A program made the position numbers and the translations under genes. The notes below the pieces were generated by a model. The model made no database searches. It saw only the letters and a program-made list of their open reading frames with translations, and was not told the DNA's origin. Shown here one piece after another: positions 1 to 9,337 of a stretch of 64,000 nt of DNA (the stretch's first letter is position 1; every line of letters starts with the position of its first letter). Location of the stretch: NCBI GenBank assembly GCA_026413945.1, contig JAOAJX010000003.1:1-64000 (forward strand). The letters run 5' to 3'. Origin of the DNA: Candidatus Iainarchaeum sp. (GTDB lineage: Archaea > Iainarchaeota > Iainarchaeia > Iainarchaeales > DTGL01).

Positions 1-1
1 G

Positions 2-412
2 GCGCTCGCTTGTATGGGGTCCCAAGGATCACTTCAAAATTGGTCTTTTTGGAACTCCTATCCACAAGATTTGAATTTAGTTAGAATGAAGGTATCCTTT
101 ACAAGTAATGCTAAAATAAGCTCAGTATCTGTTAACACTAGAGGTAACACCGAGAAAATTTATGATGGTAAAAATTACTTTGATGATAATGGTATCTTGA
201 GAAACGGTAAAGCCCCAGCAGGCAAATGGTTCCCTATATTAGATGGTAAGGGCTTTGTAATAAAAGCTGGTGAAGCTACCAGAACCGGAACATCAAAAAT
301 AGATTTTGAAGGAAGCATCAATTCCAATGACAAATTTGTAATCGAATTTATGTTCTCAGATGGCAGCATACTAACAACGCCATCGTGGCCTGTTGGTAAA
401 CCTTGTAATTAA
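2..412 (+). CDS. 5'-truncated secreted or pilin-associated protein (C-terminal part)
   Basis: Frame is open from position 2 (gcg ctc gct tgt atg...). The sequence is beta-strand-rich and extracellular-looking, and sits at the head of the pilin run. Confidence 0.55.
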   Translation, partial: ALACMGSQGSLQNWSFWNSYPQDLNLVRMKVSFTSNAKISSVSVNTRGNTEKIYDGKNYFDDNGILRNGKAPAGKWFPILDGKGFVIKAGEATRTGTSKIDFEGSINSNDKFVIEFMFSDGSILTTPSWPVGKPCN

Positions 413-431
413 TGGAGATGAAGGTGGCTTT

Positions 432-824
432 TTGTTGAAGGCACAGGCCTCTGTTGAATTTATGGTTCTTCTTTCGTTTTTGTTAGTGATTTTTGTTTTT
501 TCAATTTCCATAGCGACAGGCCAGCATGAGGTTTTTCTTAGTTCAAAAAAGACCAGCGAAGCAAAGCTTCTCGCAAGAACGCTTGCATCAGAAATAAATG
601 CTGTTTTTCTTGCTGGAAATGGCGCTGAAAAGTCGCTCTTTCTCAGGAATTTTGGCGATTATAATGTTGCTTTTGGCAAGCACAGGGTTTTCGTTGAATG
701 GGGTGGCTCATATGTTAGCGAGTTTATAATAGCCAATGATGTTAATGCGCCCTCCGCAATGCAGGGCAAAGAGCTTCTCTTAAAAAACATAAGCGGAGGA
801 GTTAAAATTGAGGTCAAGCAATGA
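432..824 (+). CDS. Type IV pilin-like protein (class III signal peptide)
   Basis: KA|QASVEF followed by a hydrophobic helix, Glu at +5. Likely start is TTG 432 or 435 after the SD ggtgg at 423-427, rather than 393. Confidence 0.8.
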   Translation: MLKAQASVEFMVLLSFLLVIFVFSISIATGQHEVFLSSKKTSEAKLLARTLASEINAVFLAGNGAEKSLFLRNFGDYNVAFGKHRVFVEWGGSYVSEFIIANDVNAPSAMQGKELLLKNISGGVKIEVKQ

Positions 825-1311
825 AAAAGGCCAGCTTTTCACCACGGATTTTGTTTTTGCTTCAGCAATGTTTTTGGCAGCGCTTATTATTGTTTACGGC
901 TATTCGAACTTGGCTTCCATGCGAATTAACGAATTACAAATAATTCAGGATAGGGAATATGCTGCAAGGCGCACGGCACAAATGCTTGTTACCTCTGAAG
1001 GAATTCCTCGTAATTGGCATGCGCTTGCAGATGAAAATATAAAGTCAATAGGCTTTGCTTTAGAGCCAAACATACTTTCAGAAGAAAAGATAAAGCGCTT
1101 CAAAAAGCTTTCTGACGAGAATTATGCCTTCCTAAGAGACATATTGGGGCTGCAAAAATATGGCATCTCGATTAAGGTTATTTCAACTTCAGGCAATACT
1201 CTTTATTCAGTCGGCCCACAAAAAACGCAGGAGTCAGCGATTGCAAAGGTTAGCAGGGCAGGCCTTTTGAACAATGCCATTGTTTTCCTCGATGTGGAGG
1301 TTTTCGAGTGA
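808..1311 (+). CDS. Minor pilin-like protein (class III signal peptide)
   Basis: KG|QLFTTDFVFASAMFLAALII; overlaps its neighbours in an operon. Confidence 0.8.
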   Translation: MRSSNEKGQLFTTDFVFASAMFLAALIIVYGYSNLASMRINELQIIQDREYAARRTAQMLVTSEGIPRNWHALADENIKSIGFALEPNILSEEKIKRFKKLSDENYAFLRDILGLQKYGISIKVISTSGNTLYSVGPQKTQESAIAKVSRAGLLNNAIVFLDVEVFE

Positions 1312-1721
1312 AAGGCTTTATTTTGTCCATGGATGCTTTATTCTCACTTACTGTTCTCATAATACTCCTCGGCATAGTAACCTTTTATTTTTCAGGCATG
1401 AGCTTTGGAGCTTTTCAAAGCACTGCTTTATATGATTTTGCTTCAGATCTCGGCGCAGCTCTTGAGAAAGGCGGATATTTTGAGAAAGCCATCGACGAAA
1501 ATGAGATGACTGAGCTTAGCACAATACTTAATGTTTCTCCGCAGAAGCTTTGCCTTGAACTCAGGATTTACAGCTCTGAAGACATCAACTCAGTGCTTTT
1601 CAGTACCTACAAAGTTGGCTGTGTTTCAAAATATTCTGAAAGGGCTTCATATAAGAGAAGCTTCTTCTCGAATAAGGCAGGTAAGGCATACCTTGCAGAG
1701 GTGCTTGCCTGGTACAGGTGA
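1308..1721 (+). CDS. Minor pilin-like protein (class III signal peptide)
   Basis: MKG|FILSMDALFSLTVLIILL; GTGA overlap with the upstream stop; SD ggagg. Confidence 0.8.
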   Translation: MKGFILSMDALFSLTVLIILLGIVTFYFSGMSFGAFQSTALYDFASDLGAALEKGGYFEKAIDENEMTELSTILNVSPQKLCLELRIYSSEDINSVLFSTYKVGCVSKYSERASYKRSFFSNKAGKAYLAEVLAWYR

Positions 1722-1725
1722 TTTT

Positions 1726-2568
1726 TTGAATAAGGGCTTTGTTGTCACAATTTCAGTTGCAATACTGCTTTCAGTGCTTCTCATAGCTTCATTGTATTAT
1801 CTCAGGGCAAACCAGGCAGAGCAGAAGCTCATTCTTGAAAGCGCCTCTCCCTTAAAGGTTTCCGACATCGCTTCGGATGTTGCTGAAGACACTAAAAGCG
1901 CCATGGGCTTCAAAATACTTGCAGAAGGCTCAGCTAACTCATATTCAATAAAAATACAGGATTCAATACCAATAAAGACCTCACAAAGCAGCCTAACTTC
2001 CTGGAAATCATTCATAGAAGGCCCATACTCACAAAAGAAGAACGCAAAAATTTCACTTTGCAATCTAACCCCAACGGATGAGTTGCAGTTTTCAAATGGC
2101 ATCGGTTATAAGAGAAGCATTTCAGGGAACTATGTAATTTTCTATGCCCCAAATTCCGACACCAACGCTTACACATATGACTTAAACCTCTCTATAAAGG
2201 GCAGCTATTACAATGATGAAAATTCAATTGAATGGTCTTGCAGCTCAGGATCTACAAAGGTTACTTTGAGGCTAAAAGATGACTTAGGGCCTGCTTTTGA
2301 AAGTGTATGCAATGCATCAAACTCCGATTACAAGGAGTACATAATAAAATTCAAGGATTCAAGCGGAGACCTCAATATCGCATTTGGAAGCATAGGTACA
2401 AGCCGTGGTGCAATAAAAATTCAAAACAATTTAGATAAAAATTTAGACATAAATTTTGGCGCTTCAATCAACACAGCGAGCCCAATTAGAATATTCTGGC
2501 CCTGCGACCTCAATATTTATATGGGCAACTCAAAGCAAATTTCTAAGATCACTCTTTTCAGCGGATAA
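1726..2568 (+). CDS. Large minor pilin / adhesin-like protein
   Basis: NKG|FVVTISVAILLSVLL. Likely start is TTG 1726 after the SD aggtga; the upstream extension to 1531 overlaps the previous gene. Beta-rich, Cys-containing body. Confidence 0.7.
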   Translation: MNKGFVVTISVAILLSVLLIASLYYLRANQAEQKLILESASPLKVSDIASDVAEDTKSAMGFKILAEGSANSYSIKIQDSIPIKTSQSSLTSWKSFIEGPYSQKKNAKISLCNLTPTDELQFSNGIGYKRSISGNYVIFYAPNSDTNAYTYDLNLSIKGSYYNDENSIEWSCSSGSTKVTLRLKDDLGPAFESVCNASNSDYKEYIIKFKDSSGDLNIAFGSIGTSRGAIKIQNNLDKNLDINFGASINTASPIRIFWPCDLNIYMGNSKQISKITLFSG

Positions 2569-2614
2569 GTTTATTAATATAATATGAGATATATTGTGAC
2601 AAAAGGTGTTTTAA

Positions 2615-4522
2615 TTGAGGAAAAAGGAAATAAAAAAAAGCCAGGAGGAAGAACCAAGCATTATTCTTCCACTGAAGCCAAAAGAAGAATCGTCAACAGA
2701 AGAAAAACCTCACGTTACTCTAACCCATCAACTTGAAACGAAAGAGCAAAAGAAAAAGAATTACTCTGAGAACATGCGCGAGCTCATCACCACGCCGGTT
2801 GACTCTTTAATTGATATTCTCAAGGTTAAAAAAACCGCATCCTTAAATGAACTTTCAGCTAAGTTAGGCCTTAGCATTGATGCCGTTGAAAGCATAGGCA
2901 GAATTCTTGAGAGATCCAGCGTTGTGAAGCTTATTTACCCAACTTCGGTTATAAAGCGCCCAAAAATTGTGCTTCTCACCCTTATAACTGAACAAAAAAT
3001 CTTTACATTTGATGGCAAAAAAGTTGAGGAAAAAAAGCTTTTAGTTGATAATGTGCCGGTTCTCGTTGAAATAGTGCGTTCCAATGAAGATCGTATGCTT
3101 TACTACAACCTACTTCCGCCAACCTTCAGGCCTTATACAAAAATCTTTCTTGAGGAAATAAAGAACAAGATTGTTGAGCACGTGCCTGTTGAGGTTTCCG
3201 AGATAACAGATACTAAGAAAAGCATAGAACTTAAGAAAAGATACTTTGATGAAGCCAAAAAGGTTCTCCGAGAATACTTTGGCTCAGATACTACACTTCA
3301 GGACATCCTTGCAGGTTTGCTGCTGCATGAGATGTATGGCCTTGGCATAATTGAGCTAATAATGGGTGACAATGATCTCGAAGAGGTTGCAATAAACTCT
3401 TCTAAAACACAAATTACTGTTTACCACAAAGAATATGGCTGGATGAGGACAAACATCATGCCAATTTCCGAAGAAGCAATAGCTAACTATGCTTCCCAAA
3501 TTGCAAGAAAGGTTGGCAGGGAAATAACAACACTAAATCCTTTGTTAGATGCGCACATAATCACTGGCGACAGAGTGCATGCTTCTTTATTCCCAATATC
3601 CTCTTTTGGAAATACAATAACAATAAGGCGTTTTGCTAGAAGGCCTTGGACTATAGTTGATTTAATTGGCGTAAGGCATACGCTCAGCATAGAAATGGCA
3701 TCTTTGCTTTGGCTCGCCATGCAATACGAGATGAGCATGCTTGTTGCAGGTGGCACTGCTTCAGGAAAGACTGCTATGCTCAATGCACTTTGCGTTTTCA
3801 TGCCACCATATCATAGAATTATTTCAATAGAAGATGTTCGGGAAATAATGCTTCCAAGCTACCTCCAGTGGAATTGGGTGCCAATGACAACAAGAAACCC
3901 AAACCCAGAAGGGCTCGGAGAAGTTAAGATGCTTGACTTGATGCATGCCTCGCTTAGAATGAGACCTGATCGAATAATCCTCGGCGAAATAAGAAAAAAG
4001 AAGGAAGCAGAGGTTTTATTTGAAGCGTTGCACACAGGCCATAGTGTTTACAGCACACTACACGCAAACTCAGGTCAACAGGTGCTAAGGCGTTTGCTTG
4101 AGCCACCAATATCATTACCACCGCTTGAAGTTGAAGGCCTTGATCTTATCCTTGTGCAGTACAGGGACAGAAAAACTAACAGAAGGCGCAGCTATGAGAT
4201 CTGCGAGATTGAAACAGGAACAACAGGAGCACAATTGCGCATAAACACAATATTCAAATGGTCTCCGAGGACTGACAAATGGGATATGCTTAACAAGCCC
4301 ACAAAACTTGTAGGAAACATTAACTTGCACACAGGCCTGACAGAGCAAGAGATTGCTGAAGACCTTGATGGGAGAGCTCATATTTTGGAATGGATGTTAA
4401 ACCACAATATAAGCGACATAAACCAAGTTGGAAACATAATGAAAGCATTTTACGCTAACCCCGAAGAGATTTTAGAGGCAGCGAAGCAGAATAAAAAACC
4501 AGCAATTTTTTTGGAGGCGTAA
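2615..4522 (+). CDS. Type IV pilus/Tad assembly ATPase (VirB11/CpaF/FlaI family) with N-terminal wHTH-like extension
   Basis: Walker A GGTASGKT, Asp box SIEDVREI, LRMRPDRIILGEIR, His box TGH..YSTLHANS. Confidence 0.93.
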   Translation: MRKKEIKKSQEEEPSIILPLKPKEESSTEEKPHVTLTHQLETKEQKKKNYSENMRELITTPVDSLIDILKVKKTASLNELSAKLGLSIDAVESIGRILERSSVVKLIYPTSVIKRPKIVLLTLITEQKIFTFDGKKVEEKKLLVDNVPVLVEIVRSNEDRMLYYNLLPPTFRPYTKIFLEEIKNKIVEHVPVEVSEITDTKKSIELKKRYFDEAKKVLREYFGSDTTLQDILAGLLLHEMYGLGIIELIMGDNDLEEVAINSSKTQITVYHKEYGWMRTNIMPISEEAIANYASQIARKVGREITTLNPLLDAHIITGDRVHASLFPISSFGNTITIRRFARRPWTIVDLIGVRHTLSIEMASLLWLAMQYEMSMLVAGGTASGKTAMLNALCVFMPPYHRIISIEDVREIMLPSYLQWNWVPMTTRNPNPEGLGEVKMLDLMHASLRMRPDRIILGEIRKKKEAEVLFEALHTGHSVYSTLHANSGQQVLRRLLEPPISLPPLEVEGLDLILVQYRDRKTNRRRSYEICEIETGTTGAQLRINTIFKWSPRTDKWDMLNKPTKLVGNINLHTGLTEQEIAEDLDGRAHILEWMLNHNISDINQVGNIMKAFYANPEEILEAAKQNKKPAIFLEA

Positions 4523-4523
4523 G

Positions 4524-5414
4524 ATGCGTGTAAAGTTCATGCTTTTCTCGATTGAGCGCGCAAACAGGATTAATAGGCGTTTTCTATGGATTGGTGAAAA
4601 GCTCAGCGACCTTTTTTATTCCCTCAAATATGATTTGCACCTTGCTGGCATCAAAATTGATCCAGAAAAATATTTGACCGCGGCTTTTTTTTCCGCACTC
4701 ACTTATTTTGCAATATTCTTTGCACTTTTTTCAGCACTCTTCTTTGCAAGATCGCAGCAGCTTGATGGCTCATTGTTTCTAAATGCACTTTTCTTTGGAC
4801 TCATCTTTGGTTTTGTATTCTTTTTATTGCATGTTTTCTACCCGCGAATAATAGCAAAAAACCTCGCAAGAACTATTGATAACAACCTCCTTTTTGCAGT
4901 AAAATCCATGTATGTCCAAGTTTGCTCAGGTATAAGCCTTTATAACACCTTGGTTTACGTTGCAAAGTCCGGTTATGTTGGTGTCTCAGAAGAATTTGAA
5001 TATGTTGTGAAAGAGATCAATTCCGGTGAGTCAGAGGCAAAAGCACTTGAAAAAATGGCTATAAAGACGAGCTCTGAGCATCTCAAAAAAACCTGTTGGC
5101 AGCTGCTTAGTGCAATAAGAAGCGGTGCCTCTGTTAAAGGTGCTTTGCAATCAATTGTTGCAATGCTTGTAAAAGAGCAAGAAAGAGCAATTAGAGACTA
5201 TTCCTCTGAACTTAATGTTTGGGTTTTAATGTATATGCTATTCGCAGCAGCAATACCAAGCTTAGGCCTTACCTTCATAGTGATACTTTCTTCACTTGCG
5301 GGTGCTTCAATAGGCCAACACACAATCGTATTTATAATAATGGTTTCATTTGCGATACAGCTCTCTATAATCGGCTTTGTTAAAAGTCGTATTCCGAAGG
5401 TGTTTTTAACTTGA
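4524..5414 (+). CDS. Type II secretion F-family / TadB-C-like platform membrane protein
   Basis: Multiple TM helices and the YVGVSEEF...EINSG.SEAKALE pattern; directly follows the ATPase. Confidence 0.88.
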   Translation: MRVKFMLFSIERANRINRRFLWIGEKLSDLFYSLKYDLHLAGIKIDPEKYLTAAFFSALTYFAIFFALFSALFFARSQQLDGSLFLNALFFGLIFGFVFFLLHVFYPRIIAKNLARTIDNNLLFAVKSMYVQVCSGISLYNTLVYVAKSGYVGVSEEFEYVVKEINSGESEAKALEKMAIKTSSEHLKKTCWQLLSAIRSGASVKGALQSIVAMLVKEQERAIRDYSSELNVWVLMYMLFAAAIPSLGLTFIVILSSLAGASIGQHTIVFIIMVSFAIQLSIIGFVKSRIPKVFLT

Positions 5415-6463
5415 ATGGAAATATTTCAAAATCCATTGAGCGCCTATACAAGAGGATTTGCTTAGGTCTAAGCCGAACTATTCCTCTAAAAACTAGGCAA
5501 AGGGTATTATATCAAATGCTAACTTATGCAGGAATAAAAGGCGACTTCGACTTTTACATTGGGAGAAAGCTCTTTCTTGCAATACTTCTATCACTTATCT
5601 CCTTCCTTTTACCCATAACTGTTTTGAGCGGGATTTTTTTAACAATGTTTCCGCATGAGCTTATCTACCCAACCGCTTTGCTTATTGGCATAATTTCCTT
5701 TTGCATCATAGCAGTTATATATCAATTAATGCTATATTATAAGATAGATTCAAGGGCAAACCTCGTTGACAAAATTCTGCCAGATTTCCTCCTTCTTGTA
5801 TCAAATAACATAAGGGCAGGCATGGTGCCTTTTTTCGCATTTAGGAGTGCGGCAAGAGAAGAATTTGGCCCTTTAGCTGAAGAAATCAAAATTGCCACTT
5901 CAAAATCACTTGGTACTGAATCATTTACTGAAGCTCTAAAGACACTTTCTGAGAGGATTGATTCAGAGAATCTTAAGCAAATGGTGCCTTTCATGATACA
6001 ATCACTTCGTGCTGGGGGCAAAATTGCTGAGCTTCTTGAGACCTCTGCAGAAGATATGAGAGAGACGCAAGAACTTAAAAAGGCACTTATATCCGGCACA
6101 AAAATGTACGAGATGTTTCTCCTTTTCATCGTTGTTATCATGACACCTTTGCTTCTTTCCGTTTCCGTTATTTTCCTCGAACTTCTTTCCAATATGCAGA
6201 CAGATATAGCACGAGACACAAGCGGTTCATTTAATCTTGGCTTTCTTTCTTCAAGCATAAGCATTCAGCCGGCTTTTATGAATATTGCAGCATACCTGCT
6301 AATATTTGGAAATTCGCTCTTTGCAGGTGCATTCATAGGTGTGATTTCAAGAGGCAAGGCAAAATTTGGCCTTAAATATTTCCCTGCAATATTTTTGGTT
6401 TCAGCAGTGATTTTCTTCTTCGCAAGAATTTTCCTTAGAGGCCTTCTTTTAGCATCGTATTAG
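5411..6463 (+). CDS. Type II secretion F-family / TadC-like platform membrane protein
   Basis: LPDFLLLVSNNIRAGM, EFGPLAEEI and GGKIAELLE motifs plus TM helices. Confidence 0.88.
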   Translation: MNGNISKSIERLYKRICLGLSRTIPLKTRQRVLYQMLTYAGIKGDFDFYIGRKLFLAILLSLISFLLPITVLSGIFLTMFPHELIYPTALLIGIISFCIIAVIYQLMLYYKIDSRANLVDKILPDFLLLVSNNIRAGMVPFFAFRSAAREEFGPLAEEIKIATSKSLGTESFTEALKTLSERIDSENLKQMVPFMIQSLRAGGKIAELLETSAEDMRETQELKKALISGTKMYEMFLLFIVVIMTPLLLSVSVIFLELLSNMQTDIARDTSGSFNLGFLSSSISIQPAFMNIAAYLLIFGNSLFAGAFIGVISRGKAKFGLKYFPAIFLVSAVIFFFARIFLRGLLLASY

Positions 6464-7014
6464 AGCTTTATAACCTTGTCCACAATTATAGAGATCTTGT
6501 TTATAAGCTCAGCTTCAGCTTCTTCCTCAATAGATATTAAGGCCATTGATATGCCCCAATTCCTTGCTTGGTTTATTATGAAATGAGTAAACTTAGCGAT
6601 TGTGCTTATGTCGTTGTGTATCGTGAGTGTAGTCAAGCTATCCACAAAAAGCATTTTGCTTTTTTCAGGCATATTCTTTACAAAATTCGTTATTGCTATG
6701 CTCATGTTTGTAAGATCTCTGGGTGTCTCAAGAAAAATAACCTTTTCAATCCTCTGTGGCGAAGAAACCCTTCCAGAAACGCAGTCAATATACCAAATCT
6801 TTTCGGTTTTTACTTTTGCGTTTTCTAGTATCTTATTTACAAGACGTGCCGGCTTGTTTGCTGCGACATATATGCAGCCCATCTTATTCATGTTTATGAA
6901 ATAATAAAGAATTTCATTATTTATATCAACGTAGTCTTTGGCAGGCACTATAAATAACGTTATCTGGTCTTCAGCTATTGAAGAAAAGTCGATCTTTTTT
7001 GCCACCAAAACCAC
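6460..7014 (-). CDS. Degenerate KaiC/RecA-like domain protein (DUF835-like)
   Basis: CIYV..NKP, WYIDCVS, LFVDSLTTL (Walker B-like) and IVDKVI pattern; no intact Walker A. Confidence 0.7.
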   Translation of the reverse strand: MVLVAKKIDFSSIAEDQITLFIVPAKDYVDINNEILYYFINMNKMGCIYVAANKPARLVNKILENAKVKTEKIWYIDCVSGRVSSPQRIEKVIFLETPRDLTNMSIAITNFVKNMPEKSKMLFVDSLTTLTIHNDISTIAKFTHFIINQARNWGISMALISIEEEAEAELINKISIIVDKVIKL

Positions 7015-7017
7015 GAC

Positions 7018-7332
7018 TTATTTCCACTTCTTTATGTCTTTATTAATCCATAGCAAAGTCCAGATAATGCCCAAAGCAGCAATTGCATCAAGAAAAAGTG
7101 CACTGTACAAAACAAACTGTTCTTGCATAGAACTTGCCACTTTGCCAAAGTGTTGATAAATGTAAGTTAGCTCTATGATTGCAATTAACACATATATAAA
7201 GCTTATTGAAATTAAAAGTTCTAACTCTTTCAGTTTGGCAAACCTAGCGACTATTATTGAATGAAAAAAAGCTATTAAGAAAACCCCGAGCTTTATGCTG
7301 GCCATAAGTGAAAATAACATCGGCTCAATCAT
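7018..7332 (-). CDS. Small multi-pass membrane protein
   Basis: About three hydrophobic helices. ATG 7332 follows the SD ggagga and overlaps the upstream stop (ATGA). Confidence 0.65.
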   Translation of the reverse strand: MIEPMLFSLMASIKLGVFLIAFFHSIIVARFAKLKELELLISISFIYVLIAIIELTYIYQHFGKVASSMQEQFVLYSALFLDAIAALGIIWTLLWINKDIKKWK

Positions 7333-7658
7333 TTGCACTCCTCCCAGCCACGGGTTACATAGCTCGTGTGGTAGAATTGATACAAAGTTGCAACAAACAT
7401 CATGCCTGCAAGAATATATAATATTTCTATGCTGACCCAAAGCTCCGGTGCACCGATTATAGTGTAAGAGATACCATAGATGCTCAAAAATAGCTTTATT
7501 ATGTTCAGCACTGTGAAAAGACCCACAGTTGATATTAAATATGGCAAGGCCATTGAAAAGCCGCCACCGTACAATTTCCTACATATCGCAAGCGCTATAA
7601 CGAAAGCCAGAACATAAAGGAGTGCCACAAATGCGTGCAAAAGAATCATAGATATCAA
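7329..7658 (-). CDS. Small multi-pass membrane protein
   Basis: About three hydrophobic helices; first gene of a three-gene minus-strand operon. Confidence 0.65.
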   Translation of the reverse strand: MISMILLHAFVALLYVLAFVIALAICRKLYGGGFSMALPYLISTVGLFTVLNIIKLFLSIYGISYTIIGAPELWVSIEILYILAGMMFVATLYQFYHTSYVTRGWEECK

Positions 7659-7701
7659 AAATATATTGTTTGAACTGCTTTATAATCTTTATCTGGGCTT
7701 T

Positions 7702-8508
7702 TTATTGACTTCTTTGAATTTCCATCTTGTCAGCAGGTAACATTTGCATTATTTCATCAATGCTTATCGGACAATTCGTAGCTTTTTCAAAAGCCGCCTT
7801 GAGTTGCTTCGCAACTTCACTTTTCTTCTTTTTTCCTTGAACAATCCTAAATGAAGTTAGCGCTTTTTTTTCTATTGCCTCAGGTGGCCCTGAAATTACC
7901 CTGTAATGCTCTCCTGCTTTTTCTATGCCTATCGCAAATTTTAGCGGAGTGTTCTTGAACCAATTTCTTTTTCCATAAATCACATATGCACCAAAGCCAA
8001 GAGATTCTCCACTGGGGGCTTTTTTTGAGACTTGTTCTGGTTTTACAGAGTAAACATCTACAGAGTTTAAGCCATCTTGCCATGCCTTGCTGAATACCGC
8101 TGCAAATACTGCGGCTTCTTTTAGTGTATTTTCTCCAGGGTTATTTCCATTGGTTTTGATGATGCAATGCGCTGCACCATAAACATCCGCATGGAAATAC
8201 AAATCTTTCGGCTCCATATATTTGCTAATCAGAAGCTCGTTTGTGTTTGCATCTCTGCCAGCCAAAATGAGAAAGCCATCGCTCGAGAAAGACCAGCGGA
8301 ATTTTTCGTACCATTCGCGAGGTCTTTTTGAAATGGGTGTTTTTTTCTGCTCATTCTGTGCTTTGCTTTCAAGCTTTTTTATCTTCTGCTCAACAACTTT
8401 CATGGCTTCTCTTATCTTCTCTGCTTTTGCCTCTGCTTTCTTCGCTTTTTCAAAGTAATTTCCTATGTTCTTGTGTATGCTTTCATCAAGATTAAGCTCA
8501 ATTTCCAA
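7702..8508 (-). CDS. NFACT RNA-binding domain protein (short Rqc2/RqcH/FbpA homolog)
   Basis: REWYEKFRW..SSDGFLILAGRDANTNE, FHADVYGA, EAAVFAAVFSKAW and QVSKKAPSGE.L..GAYVIYGKRNW. Confidence 0.88.
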   Translation of the reverse strand: MEIELNLDESIHKNIGNYFEKAKKAEAKAEKIREAMKVVEQKIKKLESKAQNEQKKTPISKRPREWYEKFRWSFSSDGFLILAGRDANTNELLISKYMEPKDLYFHADVYGAAHCIIKTNGNNPGENTLKEAAVFAAVFSKAWQDGLNSVDVYSVKPEQVSKKAPSGESLGFGAYVIYGKRNWFKNTPLKFAIGIEKAGEHYRVISGPPEAIEKKALTSFRIVQGKKKKSEVAKQLKAAFEKATNCPISIDEIMQMLPADKMEIQRSQ

Positions 8509-8590
8509 AAGATCACGCTCTGCTAAATTATATTAGCCTGCTTACCAATAAAAACAAAGCGCTTTTTTTGCAAAATTTAATTGAAAATTG

Positions 8591-8654
8591 AAAGAGCAAG
8601 TATTTTAAATATAGACGCATCAATAAATATTACTTAAACTATACTTAAGGAGGT
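8591..8654 (+). promoter_or_regulatory. Putative BRE/TATA promoter and strong SD of the pilin gene
   Basis: Purine-rich aaagagcaag, then TTTAAATA (8604-8611); AAGGAGGT (8647-8654) lies 6 nt before ATG 8661. Confidence 0.5.
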
Positions 8655-8660
8655 AATTTG

Positions 8661-9107
8661 ATGAAAAATAAGGCACAAGGAACAACAGAATACCTGATTA
8701 TTTTGGCAGTAATTATAATTATTGCCTTGGTTGTTGCGGGAGTGATGGGTTGGTTCCCAGGCCTCGGCGGGGCAATAACTGAGCAGCAGAGCAAGGCCTA
8801 CTGGCAAGGAACCTCACCTTTGGCAGTAACGGATTGGAAGATAGGATCTACAGGAGCAAGGTTTACATTGAAGAACGTAAGCACAGATAAAATAGAACTA
8901 ACGGATATTGGCGTAAGTGGTACTGCACTTGGGCTAGCTGATGTTAATATAAATGCAGGAGAAACCTATACTACTGATTTAGATAACAGTGTTACTTGTA
9001 CATCTGGAACTTATCAGCATAATTTAGAGATAAGCTACAACGTTGTTGGTGGCATCTCTGGAAAGAAGCTTGTCGGTGCAAAGCCAATAGTTGGAACATG
9101 CGGCTAA
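8661..9107 (+). CDS. Probable major type IV pilin (class III signal peptide)
   Basis: KA|QGTTEYLIILAVIIIIALVVAGV with Glu at +5. Monocistronic, with strong SD and terminator, and a C-terminal Cys pair. Confidence 0.9.
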   Translation: MKNKAQGTTEYLIILAVIIIIALVVAGVMGWFPGLGGAITEQQSKAYWQGTSPLAVTDWKIGSTGARFTLKNVSTDKIELTDIGVSGTALGLADVNINAGETYTTDLDNSVTCTSGTYQHNLEISYNVVGGISGKKLVGAKPIVGTCG

Positions 9108-9129
9108 ACCTTAAGAGTTAGTTTAATGT

Positions 9130-9200
9130 AAAAGGTGCTTTTTGCACCTTTTCTTTTAATTTTTTTGCTTATTTTTGTCTCACTTATTTTTTAATTTCGT
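9130..9200 (+). terminator. Hairpin plus oligo-T terminator
   Basis: Perfect 9-bp stem aaaaggtgc-(ttttt)-gcacctttt at 9130-9152, followed by several T runs. Confidence 0.65.
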
Positions 9201-9337
9201 TTTTTACAATTATCTTTTTTCCATAAATTCAGCTTTTTTCCCAAGTTTCAAGCCGAACTTTAAGGCAACATTTATAAGGATTAAAGCAATTCTATATTAG
9301 TGAAAGCAGAATTTTCTTTGAATTAGTAGGTGGAGCT

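Noticed and set aside
1531-1725. N-terminal extension of ORF 1531..2568
   Set aside because: It overlaps the upstream pilin gene; the class III motif and SD point to TTG 1726.
2615-6463. Archaellum (fla/arl) operon
   Set aside because: No archaellin, FlaF/G or intact FlaH is recognisable, and two separate TadB/C-like genes fit a pilus better.
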